The notes: generated by a model not told the origin, from the sequence alone. Numbered from the stretch's first letter, positions 48,664-61,641 are shown. The stretch: DNA of 64,000 nucleotides from Eledone cirrhosa (GCA_964016885.1 OZ024743.1:117428001-117492000), one strand, 5' to 3'. A program made the numbers and translations.

Positions 48664-49058
48664 AAAATGGTATTGTTTCCATGATATGTTTTATAAAATT
48701 GACATTAATATTAATATTACGAAATAATTATATGGTACATTCATGTATCATGATCAATTGATATTCACCCTAAATATCTAATTGCAAAGCGAAATTTTCA
48801 GTGAGTTTTCAAAGCATTCTTATATATTTATGAAATTATTTTGCTATAGGTATGATATGAATTTACTAATATTAATTTTAGTATATAGAACATGCAACAG
48901 GAATAAGCAAGTTCAATTCAAATATTTATGTTTTACAAAAATATTACTCGTTTCTAAATCATAAATGATTATATTTCTCGAAGTATTTGTTTAATATAAA
49001 TATATTGTGGCGATACTGATGTAATTATGACGTCAAATAGAGAGTCACAAGCTGTACA

Positions 49059-49131
49059 GCCGAAATAGCTCAGATGGGAGAGCGTTAGACTGAAGATCTA
49101 AAGGTCCCCTGTTCAATCCCGGGTTTCGGCA
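49059..49131 (+). tRNA. trnF-GAA: tRNA-Phe(GAA), unit 40
   Basis: T16A. Confidence 0.9.
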
Positions 49132-49437
49132 TGCAGACTTATTATTTTCTCAAATATTTCTAATGATTTTGATAGAGAACTATATATGATTTAAATAACA
49201 AATAATCGAATGGTTCCTTTGTCAGTCATCAAAAAGTCACTTTTATTTTAGTAGACACCAAATAATACCAACTATCAGCAAAACGTCATATAGTTCAGGT
49301 GTGTTTTTGAACATTTATTTCCGATTCAATAAAAGAGGAATATTAGACGACAATATCAGCTATTCAGTTTATCAATTCAAATAATGTGTTGAACATTCTA
49401 AACGAAACCGTCTATATATGAATGTATAGTAAGAGCT

Positions 49438-49443
49438 GTCTCT

Positions 49444-49477
<34 letters not shown>

Positions 49478-49511
49478 TGAAAGGTTGGTGGTTCAAGTCC
49501 ACCCAGGGACG
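49438..49511 (+). tRNA. trnN-GTT: tRNA-Asn(GTT), unit 40
   Basis: Array consensus. Confidence 0.92.
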
Positions 49512-49849
49512 TAATAGTCTAGTTTTGCTTTAGAAACATTACTAAAAAATCTGTATATTTAGGTTTACAGCTTGCATTCAGAATTATTTGTAACACTAAT
49601 ACATGTTTCAATATATTACCCTGATAAAGATTAATTTTGCTTTACGTTACCTAAACCATTTCATCTCTACTGGATTGTATTTCACCAAAAATCTTCATAT
49701 TTCCTATCTTAAACGAACACTGATCATCATCTGATGGAACATATAAAGTGTATGTTATAAAAAAATTCAAATGTTTTAACAATCTAAAGTAGATTATATT
49801 TATGTTTGTTTAAGTCCTTTCGTAAATATACATTCAGCACGCACCATTG

Positions 49850-49922
49850 ATCCGGCTAGCTCAGTCGGTAGAGCAGGAGACACTTAATCTCAGAGTCCAG
49901 GGTTCGTGTCCAACGTTGGGTG
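49850..49922 (+). pseudogene. trnK-CTT: tRNA-Lys(CTT) pseudogene, unit 40
   Basis: As unit 9. Confidence 0.82.
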
Positions 49923-50317
49923 AAAATGGTATTGTTTCCATGATATGTTTTATAAAATTGACATTAATATTAATATTACGAAATAATTATATGGTACATT
50001 CATGTATCATGATCAATTGATATTCACCCTAAATATCTAATTGCAAAGCGAAATTTTCAGTGAGTTTTCAAAGCATTCTTATATATTTATGAAATTATTT
50101 TGCTATAGGTATGATATGAATTTACTAATATTAATTTTAGTACATAGAACATGCAACAGGAATAAGCAAGTTCAATTCAAATATTTATGTTTTACATATA
50201 ATTTACTCGTTTCTAAATCATAAATGATTATATTTCTCGAAGTATTTGTTTAATATAAATATATTGTGGCGATACTGATGTAATTATGACGTCAAATAGA
50301 GAGTCACTAGCTGTACA

Positions 50318-50390
50318 GCCGAAATAGCTCAGATGGGAGAGCGTTAGACTGAAGATCTAAAGGTCCCCTGTTCAATCCCGGGTTTCGGCA
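50318..50390 (+). tRNA. trnF-GAA: tRNA-Phe(GAA), unit 41
   Basis: T16A. Confidence 0.9.
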
Positions 50391-50696
50391 TGCAGACTTA
50401 TTATTTTCTCAAATATTTCTAATGATTTTGATAGAGAACTATATATGATTTAAATAACAAATAATCGAATGGTTCCTTTGTCAGTCATCAAAAAGTCACT
50501 TTTATTTTAGTAGACACCAAATAATACCAACTATCAGCAAAACGTCATATAGTTCAGGTGTGTTTTTGAACATTTAGTTCCGATTCAATAAAAGAGGAAT
50601 ATTAGACGACAATATCAGCTATTCAGTTTATCAATTCAAATAATGTGTTGAACATTCTAAACGAAACCGTCTATATATGAATGTATAGTAAGAGCT

Positions 50697-50702
50697 GTCT
50701 CT

Positions 50703-50736
<34 letters not shown>

Positions 50737-50770
50737 TGAAAGGTTGGTGGTTCAAGTCCACCCAGGGACG
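50697..50770 (+). tRNA. trnN-GTT: tRNA-Asn(GTT), unit 41
   Basis: Array consensus. Confidence 0.92.
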
Positions 50771-51108
50771 TAATAGTCTACTTTTGCTTTAGAAACATTA
50801 CTAAAAAATCTGTATATTTAGGTTTACAGCTTGCATTCAGAATTATTTGTAACACTAATACATGTTTCAATATATTACCCTGATAAAGATTAATTTTGCT
50901 TTACGTTACCTAAACCATTTCATCTCTACTGGATTGTATTTCACCAAAAATCTTCATATTTCCTATCTTAAACGAACACTGATCATCATCTGATGGAACA
51001 TATAAAGTGTATGTTATAAAAAAATTCAAATGTTTTAACAATCTAAAGTAGATTATATTTATGTTTGTTTAAGTCCTTTCGTAAATATACATTCAGCACG
51101 CACCATTG

Positions 51109-51181
51109 ATCCGGCTAGCTCAGTCGGTAGAGCAGGAGACACTTAATCTCAGAGTCCAGGGTTCGTGTCCAACGTTGGGTG
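51109..51181 (+). pseudogene. trnK-CTT: tRNA-Lys(CTT) pseudogene, unit 41
   Basis: As unit 9. Confidence 0.82.
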
Positions 51182-51576
51182 AAAATGGTATTGTTTCCAT
51201 GATATGTTTTATAAAATTGACATTAATATTAATATTACGAAATAATTATATGGTACATTCATGTATCATGATCAATTGATATTCACCCTAAATATCTAAT
51301 TGCAAAGCGAAATTTTCAGTGAGTTTTCAAAGCATTCTTATATATTTATGAAATTATTTTGCTATAGGTATGATATGAATTTACTAATATTAATTTTAGT
51401 ACATAGAACATGCAACAGGAATAAGCAAGTTCAATTCAAATATTTATGTTTTACATATAATTTACTCGTTTCTAAATCATAAATGATTATATTTCTCGAA
51501 GTATTTGTTTAATATAAATATATTGTGGCGATACTGATGTAATTATGACGTCAAATAGAGAGTCACTAGCTGTACA

Positions 51577-51649
51577 GCCGAAATAGCTCAGATGGGAGAG
51601 CGTTAGACTGAAGATCTAAAGGTCCCCTGTTCAATCCCGGGTTTCGGCA
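51577..51649 (+). tRNA. trnF-GAA: tRNA-Phe(GAA), unit 42
   Basis: T16A. Confidence 0.9.
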
Positions 51650-51955
51650 TGCAGACTTATTATTTTCTCAAATATTTCTAATGATTTTGATAGAGAACTA
51701 TATATGATTTAAATAACAAATAATCGAATGGTTCCTTTGTCAGTCATCAAAAAGTCACTTTTATTTTAGTAGACACCAAATAATACCAACTATCAGCAAA
51801 ACGTCATATAGTTCAGGTGTGTTTTTGAACATTTAGTTCCGATTCAATAAAAGAGGAATATTAGACGACAATATCAGCTATTCAGTTTATCAATTCAAAT
51901 AATGTGTTGAACATTCTAAACGAAACCGTCTATATATGAATGTATAGTAAGAGCT

Positions 51956-51961
51956 GTCTCT

Positions 51962-51995
<34 letters not shown>

Positions 51996-52029
51996 TGAAA
52001 GGTTGGTGGTTCAAGTCCACCCAGGGACG
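51956..52029 (+). tRNA. trnN-GTT: tRNA-Asn(GTT), unit 42
   Basis: Array consensus. Confidence 0.92.
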
Positions 52030-52367
52030 TAATAGTCTACTTTTGCTTTAGAAACATTACTAAAAAATCTGTATATTTAGGTTTACAGCTTGCATTCAGA
52101 ATTATTTGTAACACTAATACATGTTTCAATATATTACCCTGATAAAGATTAATTTTGCTTTACGTTACCTAAACCATTTCATCTCTACTGGATTGTATTT
52201 CACCAAAAATCTTCATATTTCCTATCTTAAACGAACACTGATCATCATCTGATGGAACATATAAAGTGTATGTTATAAAAAAATTCAAATGTTTTAACAA
52301 TCTAAAGTAGATTATATTTATGTTTGTTTAAGTCCTTTCGTAAATATACATTCAGCACGCACCATTG

Positions 52368-52440
52368 ATCCGGCTAGCTCAGTCGGTAGAGCAGGAGACA
52401 CTTAATCTCAGAGTCCAGGGTTCGTGTCCAACGTTGGGTG
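52368..52440 (+). pseudogene. trnK-CTT: tRNA-Lys(CTT) pseudogene, unit 42
   Basis: As unit 9. Confidence 0.82.
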
Positions 52441-52835
52441 AAAATGGTATTGTTTCCATGATATGTTTTATAAAATTGACATTAATATTAATATTACGAA
52501 ATAATTATATGGTACATTCATGTATCATGATCAATTGATATTCACCCTAAATATCTAATTGCAAAGCGAAATTTTCAGTGAGTTTTCAAAGCATTCTTAT
52601 ATATTTATGAAATTATTTTGCTATAGGTATGATATGAATTTACTAATATTAATTTTAGTACATAGAACATGCAACAGGAATAAGCAAGTTCAATTCAAAT
52701 ATTTATGTTTTACATATAATTTACTCGTTTCTAAATCATAAATGATTATATTTCTCGAAGTATTTGTTTAATATAAATATATTGTGGCGATACTGATGTA
52801 ATTATGACGTCAAATAGAGAGTCACTAGCTGTACA

Positions 52836-52908
52836 GCCGAAATAGCTCAGTTGGGAGAGCGTTAGACTGAAGATCTAAAGGTCCCCTGTTCAATCCCGGG
52901 TTTCGGCA
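52836..52908 (+). tRNA. trnF-GAA: tRNA-Phe(GAA), unit 43
   Basis: Array consensus. Confidence 0.92.
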
Positions 52909-53214
52909 TGCAGACTTATTATTTTCTCAAATATTTCTAATGATTTTGATAGAGAACTATATATGATTTAAAGAACAATTAATCGAATGGTTCATTTGTC
53001 AGTCATCAAAAAGTCACTTTTATTTTAGTAGACACCAAATAATTCCAACTATCAGCAAAACGTCATATAGTTCAGGTGTGTTTTTGAACATTTAGTTCCG
53101 ATTCAATAAAAGAGGAATATTAGACGACAATATCAGCTATTTAGTTTATCAATTCAAATAATGTGTTGAACATTCTAAACGAAATTGTCTATATATGAAT
53201 GTATAGCAAGAGCT

Positions 53215-53288
53215 GTCTCCGTGGCGCAATCGTTTAACGCGTTCGGCTGTTAACTGAAAAATTGGTGGTTCAAGTCCAACCAGGGACG
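53215..53288 (+). pseudogene. trnN-GTT: tRNA-Asn(GTT), unit 43, probable pseudogene
   Basis: Six extra changes: T6C, D-loop GG>GT, D-stem G>A, variable loop GG>AA, T-stem C>A. Confidence 0.7.
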
Positions 53289-53627
53289 TAATAGTCTACT
53301 TTTGCTTTAGAAACATTACTAAAAAATCTGTATATTTAGGTTTACAGCTTGCATTTAGAATTATTTGTAACACTAATACATGTTTCAATATATTAGCCTG
53401 GATAAAGATTAATTTTGCTTTACGTTACCTAAACCATTTCATCTCTACTGGATTGTATTTCACCAAAAATCTTCATATTTCTACCTTAAACGAACACTGA
53501 TCATCATCTGATGGAACATATAAAGTGTATGTTATAAAAAAAATTCAAATGTTTTAACAATCTAAAGTAGATTATATTTATGTTTGTTTAAGTTCTTTCG
53601 TAAATATACATTCAGCACGCACCATTG

Positions 53628-53700
53628 ATCCGGCTAGCTCAGTCGGTAGAGCAGGAGACACTTAATCTCAGAGTCCAGGGTTCGTGTCCAACGTTGGGTG
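53628..53700 (+). pseudogene. trnK-CTT: tRNA-Lys(CTT) pseudogene, unit 43
   Basis: As unit 9. Confidence 0.82.
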
Positions 53701-54095
53701 AAAATGGTATTGTTTCCATGATATCTTTTATAAAATTGACATTAATATTAATATTACGAAATAATTATATGGTACATTCATGTATCATGATCAATTGATA
53801 TTCACCCTAAATATTTAATAGCAAAGCGAAATTTTCAGTGAGTTTTCAAAACATTCTTATATATTTATGAAATTATGTTGCTATAGGTATGATATGAAGT
53901 TACTAATATTAATTTTAGTATATAGAACTTGCAACAGGAACAAGCAAGTTCAATTCAAATATTTATGTTTTACATATAAATTACTCGTTTCTAAATCATA
54001 AATGATTATATTTCTCGACGTATTTGTTTAATATAAATATATTGTGGCGATACTGATGTAATTATGACGTCAAATAGAGAGTCACTAGCTGTACA

Positions 54096-54168
54096 GCCGA
54101 AATAGCTCAGTTGGGAGAGCGTTAGACTGAAGATCTAAAGGTCCCCTGTTCAATCCCGGGTTTCGGCA
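54096..54168 (+). tRNA. trnF-GAA: tRNA-Phe(GAA), unit 44
   Basis: Array consensus. Confidence 0.92.
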
Positions 54169-54474
54169 TGCAGACTTATTATTTTCTCAAATATTTCTAA
54201 TGATTTTGATAGAGAACTATATATGATTTAAAGAACAATTAATCGAATGGTTCATTTGTCAGTCATCAAAAAGTCACTTTTATTTAAGTAGACACCAAAT
54301 AATACCAACTCTCAGCAAAACGTCATATAGTTCAGATGTGTTTTTGAACATTTAGTTCCGATTCAATAAAAGAGGAATATTAGACGACAATATCAGCTAT
54401 TCAGTTTATCAATTCAAATAATGTGTTGAACATTCTAAACGAAACCGTCTATATATGAATGTATAGTAAGAGCT

Positions 54475-54480
54475 GTCTCT

Positions 54481-54514
<34 letters not shown>

Positions 54515-54548
54515 TGAAAGGTTGGTGGTTCAAGTCCACCCAGGGACG
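54475..54548 (+). tRNA. trnN-GTT: tRNA-Asn(GTT), unit 44
   Basis: Array consensus. Confidence 0.92.
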
Positions 54549-54885
54549 TAATAGTCTACTTTTGCTTTAGAAACATTACTAAAAAATCTGTATATTTAGG
54601 TTTACAGCTTGCATTCAGAATTATTTGTAACACTAATACATGTTTCAATATATTACCCTGATAAAGATTAATTTTGCTTTACGTTACCTAAACCATTTCA
54701 TCTCTACTGGATTGTATTTCACCAAAAATCTTCATATTTCTATCTTAAACGAACACTGATCATCATCTGATGGAACATATAAAGTGTATGTTATAAAAAA
54801 ATTCAAATGTTTTAACAATCTAAAGTAGATTATATTTATGTTGGTTTAAGTCCTTTCGTAAATATACATTCAGCACGCACCATTG

Positions 54886-54958
54886 ATCCGGCTAGCTCAG
54901 TCGGTAGAGCAGGAGACACTTAATCTCAGAGTCCAGGGTTCGTGTCCAACGTTGGCTG
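54886..54958 (+). pseudogene. trnK-CTT: tRNA-Lys(CTT) pseudogene, unit 44
   Basis: Extra G71C. Confidence 0.8.
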
Positions 54959-55353
54959 AAAATGGTATTGTTTCCATGATATGTTTTATAAAATTGACAT
55001 TAATATTAATATTACGAAATAATTATATGGTACATTCATGTATCATGATCAATTGATATTCACCCTAAATATCTAATTGCAAAGCGAAATTTTCAGTGAG
55101 TTTTCAAAGCATTCTTATATATTTATGAAATTATTTTGCTATAGGTATGATATGAATTTACTAATATTAATTTTAGTATATAGAACATGCAACAGGAATA
55201 AGCAAGTTCAATTCAAATATTTATGTTTTACATATAAATTACTCGTTTCTAAATCATAAATGATTATATTTCTCGAAGTATTTGTTTAATATAAATATAT
55301 CGTGGCGATACTGATGTAATTATGACGTCAAATAGAGAGTCACTAGCTGTACA

Positions 55354-55426
55354 GCCGAAATAGCTCAGTTGGGAGAGCGTTAGACTGAAGATCTAAAGGT
55401 CCCCTGTTCAATCCCAGGTTTCGGCA
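55354..55426 (+). tRNA. trnF-GAA: tRNA-Phe(GAA), unit 45
   Basis: G63A (second T-stem mismatch). Confidence 0.83.
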
Positions 55427-55731
55427 TGCAGACGTATTATTTTCTCAAATATTTCTAATGATTTTGATAGAGAACTATTTATGATTTAAATAACAATTAA
55501 TCGAATGGTTCCTTTGTCAGTCATCAAAGAGTCACTTTTATTTTAGTAGACACCAAATAATACCAACTATCAGCCACACGTCATATAGTTCAGGTGTTTT
55601 TTGAACATTTAGTTCCGATTCAATAAAAGAGGAATATTAGACGACAATATCAGTTATTCAGTTTATCAATTCAAATAATGTGATGAACATTCTAAACGAA
55701 ACCGTCTATATATGAATGTATAGTAAGAGCT

Positions 55732-55737
55732 GTCTCT

Positions 55738-55771
<34 letters not shown>

Positions 55772-55805
55772 TGAAAGGTTGGCGGTTCAAGTCCACCCAG
55801 GGACG
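55732..55805 (+). tRNA. trnN-GTT: tRNA-Asn(GTT), unit 45
   Basis: T51C. Confidence 0.87.
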
Positions 55806-56143
55806 TAATAGTCTACTTTTGCTTTAGAAACATTACTAAAAAATCTGTATATTTAGGTTTACAGCTTGCATTTAGAATTATTTGTAACACTAATACATGT
55901 TTCAATATATTAGCCTGATAAAGATTAATTTTGCTTTACGTTACCTAAACCATTTCATCTCTACTGGATTGTATTTCACAAAAAATCTTCATATTTCTAT
56001 CTTAAAGGAACACTGATCATCATCTGATGGAACATATAAAGTTTACGTTATAAAAAAAATTGAAATGTTTTAACAATGTAAAGTAGATTATATTTATGTT
56101 TGTTTAAGTTCTTTCGTAAATATACATTCAGCACGCACCATTG

Positions 56144-56216
56144 ATCCGGCTAGCTCAGTAGGTAGAGCAGGAGACACTTAATCTCAGAGTCCAGCGTTCG
56201 TGTCCAACGTTGGGTT
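56144..56216 (+). pseudogene. trnK-CTT: tRNA-Lys(CTT) pseudogene, unit 45
   Basis: Extra C17A, G52C, G73T. Confidence 0.77.
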
Positions 56217-56611
56217 AAAATGGTATTGTTTCCATGATATGTTTTATAAAATTGACATTAATATTAATATTACGAAATAATTATATGGTACATTCATGTA
56301 TCATGATCAATTGATATTCACCCTAAATATCTAATTGCAAAGCGAAATTTTCAGTGAGTTTTCAAAGCATTCTTATATATTTATGAAATTATTTTGCTAT
56401 AGGTATGATATGAATTTACTAATATTAATTTTAGTATATAGAACATGCAACAGGAATAAGCAAGTTCAATTCAAATATTTATGTTTTACAAAAATATTAC
56501 TCGTTTCTAAATCATAAATGATTATATTTCTCGAAGTATTTGTTTAATATAAATATATTGTGGCGATACTGATGTAATTATGACGTCAAATAGAGAGTCA
56601 CTCGCTGTACA

Positions 56612-56684
56612 GCCGAAATAGCTCAGTTGGGAGAGCGTTAGACTGAAGATCTAAAGGTCCCCTGTTCAATCCCGGGTTTCGGCA
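56612..56684 (+). tRNA. trnF-GAA: tRNA-Phe(GAA), unit 46
   Basis: Array consensus. Confidence 0.92.
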
Positions 56685-56990
56685 TGCAGACGTATTATTT
56701 TCTCAAATATTTCTAATGATTTTGATAGAGAACTATATATGATTTAAAGAACAATTAATCGAATGGTTCATTTGTCAGTCATCAAAAAGTCACTTTTATT
56801 TTAGTAGACACCAAATAATACCAACTATCAGCAAAACGTCATATAGTTCAGGTGTGTTTTTGAACATTTAGTTCCGATTCAATAAAAGAGGAATATTAGA
56901 CGACAATATCAGCTATTCAATTTATCAATTCAAATAATGTGTTGAACATTCTAAACGAAACCGTCTATATATGAATGTATAGTAAGAGCT

Positions 56991-56996
56991 GTCTCT

Positions 56997-57030
<34 letters not shown>

Positions 57031-57064
57031 TGAAAGGTTGGTGGTTCAAGTCCACCCAGGGACG
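56991..57064 (+). tRNA. trnN-GTT: tRNA-Asn(GTT), unit 46
   Basis: Array consensus. Confidence 0.92.
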
Positions 57065-57402
57065 TAATAGTCTACTTTTGCTTTAGAAACATTACTAAAA
57101 AATCTGTATATTTAGGTTTACAGCTTGCATTCAGAATTATTTGTAACACTAATACATGTTTCAATATATTACCCTGATAAAGATTAATTTTGCTTTACGT
57201 TACCTAAACCATTTCATCTCTACTGGATTGTATTTCACCAAAAATCTTCATATTTCTATCTTAAACGAACACTGATCATCATCTGATGGAACATATAAAG
57301 TGTATGTTATAAAAAAAATTCAAATGTTTTAACAATCTAAAGTAGATTATATTTATGTTTGTTTAAGTCCTTTCGTAAATATACATTCAGCACGCACCAT
57401 TG

Positions 57403-57475
57403 ACCCGGCTAGCTCAGTCGGTAGAGCAGGAGACACTTAATCTCAGAGTCCAGGGTTCGTGTCCAACGTTGGGTG
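57403..57475 (+). pseudogene. trnK-CTT: tRNA-Lys(CTT) pseudogene, unit 46
   Basis: Starts ACCCGGC (canonical C2). Confidence 0.82.
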
Positions 57476-57870
57476 AAAATGGTATTGTTTCCATGATATG
57501 TTTTATAAAATTGACATTAATATTAATATTAAGAAATAATTATATGGTACATTCATGTATCATGAACAATTGATATTCACCCTAAATATCTAATAGCAAA
57601 GCGAAATTTTCAGTGAGTTTTCAAAGCATTCTTATATATTTATGAAATTATTTTGCTATAGGTATGATATGAATTTACTAATATTAATTTTAGTATATAG
57701 AACATGCAACAGGAATAAGCAAGTTCAATTCAAATATTTATGTTTTACAAAACAATTACTCGTTTCTAAATCATAAATGATTATATTTCTCGAAGTATTT
57801 GTTTAATATAAATATATTGTGGCGATACTGATGTAATTATGACGTCAAATAGAGAGTCACTAGCTGTACA

Positions 57871-57943
57871 GCCGAAATAGCTCAGTTGGGAGAGCGTTAG
57901 ACTGAAAATCTAAAGGTCCCCTGTTCACTCCCGGGTTTCGGCA
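57871..57943 (+). tRNA. trnF-GAA: tRNA-Phe(GAA), unit 47, damaged
   Basis: G37A, A58C. Confidence 0.72.
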
Positions 57944-58249
57944 TGCAGACTTATTATTTTCTCAAATATTTCTAATGATTTTGATATAAAACTATATATG
58001 ATTTAAATAACAAATAATCGAATGGTTCCTTTGTCAGTCATCAAAAAGTCACTTTTATTTTAGTAGACACCAAATAATACCAACTATCAGCAAAACGTCA
58101 TATAGTTCAGGTGTGTTTTTGAACATTTAGTTCCGATTCAATAAAAGAGGAATATTAGACGACAATATCAGCTATTCAGTTTATCAATTCAAATAATGTG
58201 TTGAACATTCTAAACGAAACCGTCTATATATGAATGTATAGTAAGAGCT

Positions 58250-58255
58250 GTCTCT

Positions 58256-58289
<34 letters not shown>

Positions 58290-58323
58290 TGAAAGGTTGG
58301 TGGTTCAAGTCCACCCAGGGACG
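58250..58323 (+). tRNA. trnN-GTT: tRNA-Asn(GTT), unit 47
   Basis: Array consensus. Confidence 0.92.
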
Positions 58324-58659
58324 TAATAGTCTACTTTTGCTTTAGAAACATTACTAAAATATCTGTATATTTAGGTTTACAGCTTGCATTCAGAATTATT
58401 TGTAACACTAATACATGTTTCAATATATTAGCCTGATAAAGATTAATTTTGCTTTACGTTACCTAAACCATTTCATCTCTACTGGATTGTATTTCACCAA
58501 AAATCTTCATATGTCTATCTTAAACGAACACTGATCATCATCTGATGGAACATATAAAGTGTATGTTATAAAAAAAATTCAAATGTTTTAACAATCTAAA
58601 GTAGATTATATTTGTTTGTTTAAGTCCTTTCGTAAATATACATTCAGCACGCACCATTG

Positions 58660-58732
58660 ATCCGGCTAGCTCAGTCGGTAGAGCAGGAGACACTTAATCT
58701 CAGAGTCCAGGGTTCGTGTCCAACGTTGGGTG
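58660..58732 (+). pseudogene. trnK-CTT: tRNA-Lys(CTT) pseudogene, unit 47
   Basis: As unit 9. Confidence 0.82.
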
Positions 58733-59127
58733 AAAATGGTATTGTTTCCATGATATGTTTTATAAAATTGACATTAATATTAATATTACGAAATAATTAT
58801 ATGGTACATTCATGTATCATGATCAATTGATATTCACCCTAAATATCTAATAGCAAAGCGAAATTTTCAGTGAGTTTTCAAAGCATTCTTATATATTTAT
58901 GAAATTATTTTGCTATAGGTATGATATGAATTTACTAATATTAATTTTAGTATATAGAACATGCAACAGGAATAAGCAAGTTCAATTCAAATATTTATGT
59001 TTTACAAAAAAATTACTCGTTTCTAAATCATAAATGATTATATTTCTCGAAGTATTTGTTTAATATAAATATATTGTGGCGATACTGATGTAATTATGAC
59101 GTCAAATAGAGAGTCACTCGCTGTACA

Positions 59128-59200
59128 GCCGAAATAGCTCAGTTGGGAGAGCGTTAGACTGAAGATCTAACGGTCCCCTGTTCAATCCCGGGTTTCGGCA
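59128..59200 (+). tRNA. trnF-GAA: tRNA-Phe(GAA), unit 48
   Basis: A44C. Confidence 0.9.
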
Positions 59201-59506
59201 TGAAGACTTATTATTTTCTCAAATATTTCTAATGATTTTGATAGAGAACTATATATGATTTAAATAACAAATAATCGAATGGTTCCTTTGTCAGTCAACA
59301 AAAAGTCACTTTTATTTTAGTAGACACCAAATAATACCAACTATCAGCAAAACGTCATATAGTTCAGGTGTGTTATTGAACATTTAGTTCCGATTCAATA
59401 AAAGAGGAATATTAGACGACAATATCAGCTATTCAGTTTATCAATTCAAATAATGTGTTGGACATTCTAAACGAAACCGTCTATATATGAATGTATAGTA
59501 AGAGCT

Positions 59507-59580
59507 GTCTCTGTGTCACAATCGGTTAGCGCGTTCGGCTGTTAACTGAAAGGTTGGTGGTTCAAGTCCACCCAGGGACG
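59507..59580 (+). tRNA. trnN-GTT: tRNA-Asn(GTT), unit 48, D stem/A box damaged
   Basis: TGTCACAAT instead of TGGCGCAAT. Confidence 0.75.
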
Positions 59581-59916
59581 TAATAGTCTACTTTTGCTTT
59601 AGAAACATTACTAAAAAATCTGTATATTTAGGTTTACAGCTTGCATTCAGAATTATTTGTAACACTAATACATGTTTCAATATATTAGCCTGATAAAGAT
59701 TAATTTTGCTTTACGTTACCTAAACCATTTCATCTCTACTGGATTGTATTTCACCAAAAATCTTCATATTTCTATCTTAAACGAACACTGATCATCATCT
59801 GATGGAACATATAAAGTGTATGTTATAAAAAAAATTCAAATGTTTTAACAATCTAAAGTAGATTATATTTGTTTGTTTAAGTCCTTTCGTAAATATACAT
59901 TCAGCACGCACCATTG

Positions 59917-59989
59917 ATCCGGCTAGCTCAGTCGGTAGAGCAGGAGACACTTAATCTCAGAGTCCAGGGTTTGTGTCCAACGTTGGGTG
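59917..59989 (+). pseudogene. trnK-CTT: tRNA-Lys(CTT) pseudogene, unit 48
   Basis: Extra C56T. Confidence 0.8.
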
Positions 59990-60384
59990 AAAATGGTATT
60001 GTTTCCATGATATGTTTTATAAAATTGACATTAATATTAATATTACGAAATAATTATATGGTACATTCATGTATCATGATCAATTGATATTCACCCTAAA
60101 TATCTAATAGCAAAGCGAAATTTTCAGTGAGTTTTCAAAGCATTCTTATATATTTATGAAATTATTTTGCTATAGGTATGATATGAATTTACTAATATTA
60201 ATTTTAGTATATAGAACATGCAACAGGAATAAGCAAGTTCAATTCAAATATTTATGTTTTACATATAAATTACTCGTTTCTAAATCATAAATGATTATAT
60301 TTCTCGAAGTATTTGTTTAATATAAATATATTGTGGCGATACTGATGTAATTATGACGTCAAATAGAGAGTCACTCGCTGTACA

Positions 60385-60457
60385 GCCGAAATAGCTCAGT
60401 TGGGAGAGCGTTAGACTGAAGATCTAAAGGTCCCCTGTTCAATCCCGGGTTTCGGCA
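60385..60457 (+). tRNA. trnF-GAA: tRNA-Phe(GAA), unit 49
   Basis: Array consensus. Confidence 0.92.
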
Positions 60458-60763
60458 TGCAGACGTATTATTTTCTCAAATATTTCTAATGATTTTGATA
60501 GAGAACTATATATGATTTAAATAACAATTAATCGAATGGTTCCTTTGTCAGTCATCAAAAAGTCACTTTTATTTTAGTAGACACCAAATAATACCAACTA
60601 TCAGCAAAACGTCGTATAGTTCAGGTGTGTTTTTAAACATTTAGTTCCGATTCAATAAAAGAGGAATATTAGACGACAATATCAGCTATTCAGTTTATCA
60701 ATTCAAATAATGTGTTGAACATTCTAAACGAAACCGTCTATATATGAATGTATAGAAAGAGCT

Positions 60764-60769
60764 GTCTCT

Positions 60770-60803
<34 letters not shown>

Positions 60804-60837
60804 TGAAAGGTTGGTGGTTCAAGTCCACCCAGGGACG
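60764..60837 (+). tRNA. trnN-GTT: tRNA-Asn(GTT), unit 49
   Basis: Array consensus. Confidence 0.92.
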
Positions 60838-61173
60838 TAATAGTCTACTTTTGCTTTAGAAACATAACTAAAAAATCTGTATATTTAGGTTTACAGCTTG
60901 CATTCAGAATTATTTGTAACACTAATACATGTTTCAATATATTAGCCTGATAAAGATTAATTTTGCTTTACGTTACCTAAACCATTTCATCTCTACTGGA
61001 TTGTATTTCACCAAAAATCTTCATATTTCTATCTTAAACGAACACTGATCATCATCTGATGGAACATATAAAGTGTATGTTATAAAAAAAATTCAAATGT
61101 TTTAACAATCTAAAGTAGATTATATTTGTTTGTTTAAGTCCTTTCGTAAATATACATTCAGCACGCACCATTG

Positions 61174-61246
61174 ATCCGGCTAGCTCAGTCGGTAGAGCAG
61201 GAGACACTTAATCTCAGAGTCCAGGGTTCGTGTCCAACGTTGGGTG
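61174..61246 (+). pseudogene. trnK-CTT: tRNA-Lys(CTT) pseudogene, unit 49
   Basis: As unit 9. Confidence 0.82.
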
Positions 61247-61641
61247 AAAATGGTATTGTTTCCATGATATGTTTTATAAAATTGACATTTATATTAATAT
61301 TACGAAATAATTATATGGTACATTCATGTATCATGATCAATTGATATTCACCCTAAATATCTAATAGCAAAGCGAAATTTTCAGTGAGTTTTCAAAGCAT
61401 TCTTATATATTTATGAAATTATTTTGCTATAGGTATGATATGAATTTACTAATATTAATTTTAGTATATAGAACATGCAACAGGAATAAGCAAGTTCAAT
61501 TCAAATATTTATGTTTTACATATAAATTACTCGTTTCTAAATCATAAATGATTATATTTCTCGAAGTATTTGTTTAATATAAATATATTGTGGCGATACT
61601 GATGTAATTATGACGTCAAATAGAGAGTCACTCGCTGTACA

